Assembly: GCA_043750055.1 (NCBI GenBank)
Contig: JAYVCH010000170.1
Location: 1 to 36,547, forward strand
Length of the DNA stretch: 36,547 nt
Reading direction: 5' to 3'
Source: Fibrobacteria bacterium
GTDB lineage: Bacteria; Fibrobacterota; Fibrobacteria; UBA11236
This document shows, one piece after another, positions 26,505-34,600 of this stretch. The first letter of the stretch is position 1, and each line of letters starts with the position of its first letter. Made by a program: the position numbers and the translations under genes. The notes beneath the pieces are model-generated. The model saw nothing but the letters and a program-made list of their open reading frames with translations. It made no database searches and was not told the DNA's origin.

Positions 26505-28142
26505 CTACACTTGCCTTAAACGAAGCGTGGTATGCTTCGCTTTGGCAAGGGTACGTGGATAATCGAGGTTGAAATGTAGCCCACGAGACTCCTTGCGTTT
26601 ACGGGCACTTTTGATGATGAGCTCCGCACATAAAGTCAGGTTTCTTAATTCCACAAGTTCCGGAACCATGGAAAAAGACCAATAATCTTTTTGAATCTGA
26701 CGACTGATGACATGGATAAATTCTTCCGCCCGAGCCAAACGAAAATCGCTGCGAACAATTCCCACATAATGCCACATTGTTGACCGAATGGTTTCTAAAG
26801 AATGGGAATAAATAATGGTTTCGGGAGCCGGTTTCAAAGCAAAGCTATTCCAGTTTTTGAAACGTTTCCGATTGGGTTTGGGATGAGGATTCTCCAAAAT
26901 ATCTTCCAACGCGCGATCTGCAAAAACAACCCCTTCCAGTAAGGAGTTACTGGCGAGTCGATTAGCGCCATGAACACCTGTACAGGACGTCTCTCCAACG
27001 GCATACAAACCCAAAAGCTCGGTCGCCGAATTGACATCGACTTTGACACCCCCACAAATAAAATGGGCTGCGGGAACTACCGGAATCCACTGCGTAGAAA
27101 TATCCAGTCCCATGTCTATGCAATGCTTATAAATATTAGGGAAATGCTTACTGAGGTCAGATTTAGTAAATGCGGTGGCATCCAAAAACATGCAAGGCTG
27201 ACCCGTGCGTTTCATTTCAGCATCAATGGCACGAGCAACAATGTCCCGTGGCGCCAGCGATTTCAGCGGATGCACCTTATCCATGAAGGGGTGACCCATA
27301 TGGTTTCGTAAAACTCCGCCATGGCCTCGTACCGCTTCAGAAATGAGATAAGTGGGTTGACCCGGATTATAAAGTGCGGTGGGATGAAATTGCATAAATT
27401 CCATATCTTCGATGGCTGCTCCAGCCCGATATGCCATGGCTATCCCATCTCCCGTTGACACAGAATCATTGGTGGTATGGGCATAAACCTGTCCTACTCC
27501 ACCGGTACACAAAACGGTGGTGGAACCCAAGTAAAGTCCAATCCGATTAGCCTTCACGTCCAGGGCATACAATCCATAACAGCGACCCGGATCGGTGTCT
27601 TTTTCTCCCTGCTTAAAATGTTTAGCCGTGACTAAGTCAATCCCCATGTAATTCTCAAGAAAGGTGATATTTCGATTGCGACGCGCAGCTTCAACCAATG
27701 CGCGTTGAATTTCATGACCAGTCAAATCATCAGCATGGACAATGCGCGAACTGCTGTGGCCGCCTTCCCGAGCTAAGTGGAAAGGCGCTTGTCCTTTGGT
27801 CTGTCCTTGGCTAGATCGCTTCTGTGAATCTCTCGTAAAGCGGACTCCCCAATCCACCAAATTTCGAATGGCTTTGGGACCTTGAGTGACCAATATCCGA
27901 ACTCGATCTTCTCGACATAGTCCGGCACCGGCTGTTAGCGTATCTTGGGCATGTTCTTCGACCGAATCATCCGGGTCCATCACGGAGGCAATGCCACCTT
28001 GGGCCAGGTTGGTAGAGCCCGCCCAGCTTAATTTTTTCGTGAGAACCAAGACCGTACCGTGGGCCGAGGCCTTTAGGGCGAACGAAAGCCCCGCAACACC
28101 GGAGCCAACGACGATAAAATCAAAAACAGCAGTCGGTTGCAT
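26505..28142 (-). CDS. nadB: L-aspartate oxidase
   Basis: VGSGVAGL, AQGGIA, REGGHSSSRIVHA.D.TG, MEFMQFHPT, LISEAVRG, LAPRDIVARAI, PAAHF.CGG, TGVHGANRLASNSLLE, ESRGLH. Confidence 0.96.
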   Translation of the reverse strand: MQPTAVFDFIVVGSGVAGLSFALKASAHGTVLVLTKKLSWAGSTNLAQGGIASVMDPDDSVEEHAQDTLTAGAGLCREDRVRILVTQGPKAIRNLVDWGVRFTRDSQKRSSQGQTKGQAPFHLAREGGHSSSRIVHADDLTGHEIQRALVEAARRNRNITFLENYMGIDLVTAKHFKQGEKDTDPGRCYGLYALDVKANRIGLYLGSTTVLCTGGVGQVYAHTTNDSVSTGDGIAMAYRAGAAIEDMEFMQFHPTALYNPGQPTYLISEAVRGHGGVLRNHMGHPFMDKVHPLKSLAPRDIVARAIDAEMKRTGQPCMFLDATAFTKSDLSKHFPNIYKHCIDMGLDISTQWIPVVPAAHFICGGVKVDVNSATELLGLYAVGETSCTGVHGANRLASNSLLEGVVFADRALEDILENPHPKPNRKRFKNWNSFALKPAPETIIYSHSLETIRSTMWHYVGIVRSDFRLARAEEFIHVISRQIQKDYWSFSMVPELVELRNLTLCAELIIKSARKRKESRGLHFNLDYPRTLAKAKHTTLRLRQV

Positions 28143-28292
28143 CCATGCCTGCGTTCACTGGTTCTGGCCAAATATATAAATTTTAGCTCTTTAGCCCTTA
28201 GAACCGTTCCCCTTGCCTTGCCGTAAGTGAACGGTAGAGGTACTTTTACATCGCCTAATGAGCCCTGTGATTGGGGTTGGAGAACTCGCGCT

Positions 28293-30149
28293 ATGACATT
28301 GGAATGGATGAAGAAACAGGCCCCATGGGTCATCGGAACTTTTGGTGTATTAATTCTGGTTGGCCTGGTTATGATGGACCGGGCAGGAGCCTCACGCTCG
28401 GATCGCCACCATAATATCGTCGGGAAAGTCGATGGGGAAGAAATTTCAACCGACCGATTCCAAGCGGAACTCAAGAACTACATTCGCGGCCAAGAATCCC
28501 AGGCCGGAAAAGCTCCCGAAGGCGCCCAATTGGCGCAGATTCGGGAAGGCCTCTTTAACTATAAAGTCCAAACCCTGGTAATCCAAAAAGTGTTTGATGT
28601 GTATCAGTTGCATGCGTCAAAAGAAGAGATGATGGACTTTGTCGCTAAGCATCCCCACGAAGTGGCTCAAAATATTCAACGCTATCGTGGTTACGAAGAA
28701 GTACCCTCCTTCCTCGCAGACAGCAATATCGATCAAAGCCGCTATGAAAATTGGTTGGCCCAGGATTCCATCTATGATCGCTATTCCATGCGTGAGTTGG
28801 AAGCGAACCTCCGATCTTCCGTCATTCCCCAAACGCAATTACAACAGATCATGAAATCCCAAATTCACCGCACAACGCTGGAAGAAGCCTTCTCGATTTC
28901 TCAACACGAAAATAAAGCTCGACTCAAGTTTTATCATGTCGCATTGGATTCCTTCCCAGCATCTCCTGAAAAATTTAAGGATTCCGATTTGAAGGCTTAT
29001 TACGAAGCCCACCCCGATAGCTTCTACTTTAAAGAAAACGCCGCTCGGCTTGGATTTATTCGCGTTCCCCTACAGCCTTCGAAAACTGACAGCAACTTGA
29101 TGTTTGAATTCGGAAAAGAATTAAAAGAACGCGCCAAGAATGGTGAGAAATTTTCCGACCTTGCCAAAGATTATTCCAACGATCCTACCACTCAGGACAA
29201 AGGAGGGAAAATAGAAGGCTTGAGATCCCGTTCTGGGCTGGAACCTTCCTTAGCTAACGCTGCTTTTGCAATGAATCCTGGCGAGGTATCCGATCCCATT
29301 CTAAGTCAGGGAGGATATCACGTTATCCTTTTGAACGAAAAGAAAAAGGTGGACACGACTGAAAAGGTAGATGTCAGTGATATTCTCTTAAAAATTACCG
29401 CAGGGACAGAAACCATCGATAGTTTGATGGAGTATGCAGAAAAAATTCGCGCGCTTGCTCAAAAAGACGGGTTGGAAAAGGCGGCTAAGTCTGCTTCGAT
29501 CATAGCTGGAAAGTCTCCCATTTTCGATAAGAGTAACTTCTCTCCCCTTCCAACCGGATATGTTCAAGGTGCGAATTCTTTCGCCTTCAGCAAATTCGAA
29601 GCAAAGGAAAATATTTCTGAGGCCTTACAATCGGAAGATGGAATTTATTTGTTTGAACGCGATGGGATATTTGAAAAAGGTCGAAATTTTGAACGCGCGA
29701 AACCAAAGATCCTAGAAATACTAGTCCGCGAAGAAAAATTGAATGCGGCTAAAAAAGAGTTGGAAGCACAAAAGGATGCCATCCTAGCCGCAAATGAGGG
29801 CTCCTTGCCAGCTTCATTTGGAAAAGCCAAGTTGGATAGCACTAGCGCCGGCGCCATCTCTGCCGACAATTGGCTTCCAGGCTTTGGCTACTCCAGCCCC
29901 ACCCTCTTTAAAGTCTTCGCTCAGGCTCCCGGTGGATGGGGATCGATATTAATCTCTGATCAGGGTGCAATTATTGCCAAAGTTGTGGAAAAAATCCCCA
30001 TGTCGGAAAAGGAAATCACGGATAAGGCCCAAGCTCAATTGGCTCAAAATGAACCTTATCAATTATCTAGCCTGTATCAGGAATGGCTAACCAACCTTCC
30101 AAAATCAGTAAAAGTGGAAAATAAAATGGATATGGTCTTTAGGAATTAG
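28293..30149 (+). CDS. ppiD: PpiD-like membrane-anchored periplasmic chaperone (SurA N-terminal domain plus parvulin domain)
   Basis: N-terminal TM followed by VGKVDGEEIS, LKAYYEAH, FSDLAKDYSND...KGG, GEVSDPI.SQGGYHVI. Start placed at ATG 28293 (GGAG upstream) rather than GTG 28227. Confidence 0.85.
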   Translation: MTLEWMKKQAPWVIGTFGVLILVGLVMMDRAGASRSDRHHNIVGKVDGEEISTDRFQAELKNYIRGQESQAGKAPEGAQLAQIREGLFNYKVQTLVIQKVFDVYQLHASKEEMMDFVAKHPHEVAQNIQRYRGYEEVPSFLADSNIDQSRYENWLAQDSIYDRYSMRELEANLRSSVIPQTQLQQIMKSQIHRTTLEEAFSISQHENKARLKFYHVALDSFPASPEKFKDSDLKAYYEAHPDSFYFKENAARLGFIRVPLQPSKTDSNLMFEFGKELKERAKNGEKFSDLAKDYSNDPTTQDKGGKIEGLRSRSGLEPSLANAAFAMNPGEVSDPILSQGGYHVILLNEKKKVDTTEKVDVSDILLKITAGTETIDSLMEYAEKIRALAQKDGLEKAAKSASIIAGKSPIFDKSNFSPLPTGYVQGANSFAFSKFEAKENISEALQSEDGIYLFERDGIFEKGRNFERAKPKILEILVREEKLNAAKKELEAQKDAILAANEGSLPASFGKAKLDSTSAGAISADNWLPGFGYSSPTLFKVFAQAPGGWGSILISDQGAIIAKVVEKIPMSEKEITDKAQAQLAQNEPYQLSSLYQEWLTNLPKSVKVENKMDMVFRN

Positions 30150-30204
30150 ATGCTAATAGCCTTTTTAAGGCTCACTCCTCTCCCCTAAAATCCATTCCGA
30201 ACGC

Positions 30205-30232
30205 TTGACTTGCAATAAGAACTTGGTAACTT
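30205..30232 (+). promoter_or_regulatory. Candidate sigma70-type promoter of the small ORF
   Basis: TTGACT - 16 nt - TAACTT with a TGn extension, ending 8 nt before ATG 30241. Confidence 0.45.
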
Positions 30233-30240
30233 GAGAATAG

Positions 30241-30378
30241 ATGAAGAAGCTTATCATTTTAACGGTTATATGTTTTACCCTAGTTGGGATCGGAAACGTA
30301 TTCAGCCGCAGCATTTCAATTTTTTCGCAGCCTGTCGAGGATTCCGGCTGGGCAATGTTCAAAGAGCTTTTTCACTAA
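30241..30378 (+). CDS. Unannotated 45-aa exported peptide (MKKLIILTVICFTLVGIGNVFS-RSISIFSQPVEDSGWAMFKELFH)
   Basis: Manual translation. Classical Sec signal peptide (MKK, 15-aa hydrophobic core, VFS cleavage site), flanked by a promoter-like element and a terminator-like element. Below the 60-aa cutoff of the ORF track. Confidence 0.65.
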   Translation: MKKLIILTVICFTLVGIGNVFSRSISIFSQPVEDSGWAMFKELFH

Positions 30379-30441
30379 TTCGCTAAACGAATTCTCTCGC
30401 CCTTAATCGGAAATTCCAAATTCGGTAATTTTTACTTTTCA

Positions 30442-30472
30442 GGCTCATTTTCCAAAAATGGGCTAGTTTTTT
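30442..30472 (+). terminator. Probable intrinsic terminator after the small ORF
   Basis: GGCTCATTTT-CCA-AAAATGGGCT then AG-TTTTTT. The two mismatches are G-U wobbles only on the plus strand. Confidence 0.55.
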
Positions 30473-30582
30473 AGAAGTTAGGGCCTGTATTCTGCCCACG
30501 CCCCGTTTTGTGAGCATTTTGATGTTGGCGCATTTCTCTCCCGCACCCTAGAATACTCAAGATCCCTTTCCTAAGAGGCAGC

Positions 30583-31641
30583 TTGGAATCCAAAGGTAAT
30601 ATCCTCATCGTTGACGACGAACAATCGATCTGTACGGTCATTTGCGATTATCTCCGATTACAAGGATATAATTGTGCGAGTGCCAATGCCGTAGATGCAG
30701 CAATACAAATCCTTCAGACTGCTGAAAGTGTCGATTGTATTCTTTCGGATATCAAAATGCCTGGAAAAACGGGAATCGATTTGCTCCGTGAAGTCAAAAC
30801 CTATTGGCCGGAAATGGCGGTCATTCTTTTCACTGGCAATGCAGAAATACACACTGCAGTTTCATCCATGCAAGATGGGGCTTATGACTTCATTTTAAAA
30901 CCCATCCAACTCAAACAAGTCATTAACAGTATTACCAATGCCCTCGAGAAAAAACGTTTAAAGCTTGAAGTGCGAAACTACCAAAGGAATTTGGAAAACC
31001 TGGTTTTGGAACGAACCACTCAGATCAAGGAAGCCATGTTAGCGCTCGAAGGGTCCCACCTCGATACCATAAATCGGCTTTGTCAGGCTGCTGAATATCG
31101 GGATGATGAAACCGGCCACCATGTACTACGAATCAGTAAGTATTGCGAGGTTCTCGCCAGAGGCATCGGTTTTTCGGAAGAAGATAATTGGCTGTTGAGT
31201 AAAGCAAGTCCACTGCATGACATTGGAAAAATAGGAATTCCAGATTCCATCCTTTTAAAACCCGGTAGACTCACCGCGGACGAATTTGAAATCATGAAAA
31301 AGCATGCTGAAATTGGTGGCCAGATTCTCAAAAATGCGACCTCGAAGGTTCTGCAAGTTGCCGAAACCGTGGCCATAAGTCACCATGAAAAGTGGGATGG
31401 AAGTGGCTACCCAAAGGGCTTGCGCGGAGAACAGATCCCGTTGATGGGTCGAATCACAGCTGTTGCAGACGTATTCGATGCATTGACCATGAAACGTTGC
31501 TACAAACCTCCCTTCACACTGGAGACCTCCGTCAACATCATAACCGATGGCAGAGGAAAGCATTTTGATCCACGAATCGTAGATATTTTTATCGCCCACT
31601 TACCTGAATTCGTCGCCATCCAAAAGGACTATGCAGAGTAA
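30583..31641 (+). CDS. Response regulator with HD-GYP c-di-GMP phosphodiesterase domain (RpfG-like)
   Basis: REC motifs IVDDE, SDIKMP, FTG, FILKP; coiled-coil linker; EYRDDETGHH, LHDIGK, HHEKWDGSGYP, ADVFDAL, RCYK. TTG start with GAGG upstream. Confidence 0.94.
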   Translation: MESKGNILIVDDEQSICTVICDYLRLQGYNCASANAVDAAIQILQTAESVDCILSDIKMPGKTGIDLLREVKTYWPEMAVILFTGNAEIHTAVSSMQDGAYDFILKPIQLKQVINSITNALEKKRLKLEVRNYQRNLENLVLERTTQIKEAMLALEGSHLDTINRLCQAAEYRDDETGHHVLRISKYCEVLARGIGFSEEDNWLLSKASPLHDIGKIGIPDSILLKPGRLTADEFEIMKKHAEIGGQILKNATSKVLQVAETVAISHHEKWDGSGYPKGLRGEQIPLMGRITAVADVFDALTMKRCYKPPFTLETSVNIITDGRGKHFDPRIVDIFIAHLPEFVAIQKDYAE

Positions 31642-31667
31642 AGCCTTCCCTTGTAAAGCCTTCCCCT
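31638..31667. repeat. 15-bp tandem repeat, two copies (GTAAAGCCTTCCCTT / GTAAAGCCTTCCCCT)
   Basis: 14 of 15 positions identical; the first copy includes the HD-GYP stop codon; degenerate copies continue to about 31695. Confidence 0.7.
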
Positions 31668-31691
31668 GAAAAACCCTACACCCAGAAGCCC

Positions 31692-34600
31692 TTACATTTT
31701 GAGAATTCTGCGAGTGGCCTTGTAAGACGATTTTCCGGCAATCTTGGTTTCCAAAGACAGAGTATATACACCGGCCGGAAGCGGTGACTGCTTTCCATTG
31801 GTGCCATCCCACAAGTAGCTCAAAGAATTAAATCCTTTAATGTTTTTTTCAAAAACCGTTTTGCCACGGAAGTCCGTCACTCTCAGATTAAATACAACCT
31901 TACCCATGCTTGCGGGTAATGCATATCGAATCAATGTTGAGCCCGAAAAAGGATTCGGATAATTCGATAGACTCATCGTATTTGCGGGAGAAATCCCTGC
32001 CAAAATCCCCTCCAAATAATTTGCATCGCCGGCCACAACATGGTAATCATTAAATTTGAGTTCCGATTCACTCAAATGTATTGAATCACCATTCAAGGGT
32101 AAAACGGTTTTGTGCAATGATTCCACCAAGTATAACGGAATCGCTTGGTTGTTGTCCGACACCTTAAGGGTGATGCTCTGGGTACCCTTATTTGCAAGGG
32201 ATTGTAAAAGCCAATGTCCTTGCCAAGTGCCCTCGTCACTTTGAACAAACTCTGATAGCCCTTCTACACTCCCATCCGGTCGGAATCGTTTGAGAACCAT
32301 TCGGAAGTCCTGACCGGGAACATCTGGAGCCTCACCATAAACACCTTCACGACTCGATTTTCCAATTTGTAGAGACATGGCTGCCGTGGAGTTGTATGCA
32401 AGTAGGCGCGCTGTCCAATTGCTCTTATTGGGTGCGGCTGTTTTCGGTCCCCCTGCAGCCAAAGAACGGGCCGAATCCAAAACCGGAAATTTTAAAGTAA
32501 TGGCAGAAGTCGGTTTGATGGTTAATCCATCCCATGGATGTAATACCGAAGTGTCCTTAATAGCCTCCCAAGATAGTGCTGGAGGCTTTGAAGGATTAAA
32601 CCTGAATATCGTAGGCGAAGTAGCTAAACCAGACGCATCTAAAATATCCTTCATTTTCATTGAGAAATTAAACGGAAGGGAAATATCCATCCACTGACCG
32701 GCTGGAATAGGAAGGACAAAAGTCTGATAATCAAGAGAGACCCCAGACTCACATGCCGGGTCGTAAGGACGAACAGAACCTGACCAAATCGCCCTAGCCG
32801 AATCAAACTTCACTGCCGCTGCAGAACCACCATCATAAATGGTGAAAGATGATTTTCCGGTTCCCGATCCATTGTACTTCATTAGTCGAAGTTCATCAGG
32901 ATCCCATTTTTTCGCACCTACAATTCGACTTTGATTTCCTGTTTCACCCTCATCCCAAGGATAACCGTAAAGATTCCATGTACGTTCCTTGAACTCCTTT
33001 TTATCTGCCGACTGCAAATGTTCGTCCTTAAACTTGGATCGGATAAAAGCTCGACTACGCGAAACTTTAGATCCATCGAAGATGGTGAACTCAACCTCTA
33101 TACTTCTCGATGCCTTTCTACCTACAGAACCATCCTTATATTTTTTGTTAATAGGAATAGAAAGAATTGCCTCGCTCAATTCACCTTTTCCGTTGATAGA
33201 AAGATTCGGGTTTTTATACACAATAGAGGAATCGAACCCTCCAGCCGTGACCGTGGTATCTAGCAGAAATGGTTTGTTCTGGCCCGCACCCATAGTAGAG
33301 GTTACTTCGTTTCCGGCTGCCTTTTGATAATACCGGAAGTATCGATCCTTTTGTTGATCAACAGTTAGGTCGGCCAAATTAGTGGAGACGGCCAAGGTGC
33401 TGAGAGGATAGGTGCCGGAGAGAATTCCTGACGCCATTCCACCAGCTGGAATCATACTCACTAGAACTAATGGGTTTGCCGTTTTAAATCCGCTTCCCTT
33501 GATTGCGATGGAAATATGACTGGTTGAGTCCCCGGCCGTCGAATAATCGAACGTGGGAACCGTTGGGCCTGAAAACTCAACTTTTCCTGGTTCGGCGGCA
33601 TCGGCCAATCGGCCAAAGGCATAATGCAAAGTTCCACCCTTAATTCCTTCAATGGTCAACAGGGTCTTAGCCCCATTTTGCTCTATGCTCCAGGTTGATA
33701 CATGAATTGGAAGTGAGGAAGAATCTTCAGGGAGTAGAAACAATTCCTTGCCGCTTAGAAAATCAGCAGGAATACTCATTTCAATTGTTGCTTTAAAAGA
33801 TTGGGTAGACCCTGCCACCCCTAAACTGGGTACGTTAATTACAAAAATGATTTCGGGAAGGGGGGAAAGCAGGTTGAGGTTATAAATATTGGGATTTGCC
33901 AATGTCACAAATTGTGGATTTTTAACAACACTTCCTGTTTCGACTTTGTTGGAAAAGGAAACCTTGGTTAGAAATTTACCAGTCCAAGGATCTCCTGAAT
34001 TGATGAAAACGCCATCCGCACTAGGACAAGCCGAAGTTGATATTTGGAATGTACAGTCACCCGGTTCAACATTAACGCTTGTCCTTATGGTATCTCGGTA
34101 AGAATAGCCCATCGATCGAACACCACCAACCGTTCGTCCAAAAGCCGCGTAAAGATTATAAAGCTTGTTCTCATTGAGTCCATCAGCGACATCGTTAATA
34201 GAACCCGATTCCAATTGCTTGATTGGAAATTTTTTAAGTTGCGAAGCCGGTACCGTCCCATCAAGGGTAGGCTTTAAGGCACCGGACACCCACCAAACAT
34301 ATAGGGTATCGCTTTCTGCCGGATCGTAATTACTGGTGCTGACCTCAAAAAGAAACCGGCTAAACACATTTTCTACGGCCGTGGTCTTTACTTTCAACCT
34401 TCCCTGTACGGTTGCATCGGCTATCACCATTTCATAGGCCCCGACATCTTTTTTCGCGCCTCTTGGCTTTCCTAAGATATCGGAAACTAAATTCACTTTG
34501 ACATCAGTAGTCAAACTAGCCGCTGGGAGTGAAGAACATTCCCGAATGGCGCTACAATTAAACGCTCCACCCAAGCCATCATCTAGTTCTTTATTTAAAC

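Noticed and set aside
28073-28474. 133-aa minus-strand ORF over the nadB/ppiD divergent region
   Set aside because: Overlaps both real genes and has no recognisable motifs.
30165-30362. 65-aa minus-strand ORF from the ORF track
   Set aside because: It is the antisense shadow of the better-supported plus-strand signal-peptide ORF 30241-30378.
30379-30582. Possible c-di-GMP riboswitch upstream of the HD-GYP gene
   Set aside because: No GEMM-like GCAAA...GAAA...GACGCAAAG core is visible; only a terminator-like hairpin. An Rfam/Infernal scan would be decisive.
31638-31697. Repeat considered as a mini-CRISPR or insertion target-site duplication
   Set aside because: The units are 15 bp, contiguous and spacer-less, with no cas, transposase or integrase gene nearby.
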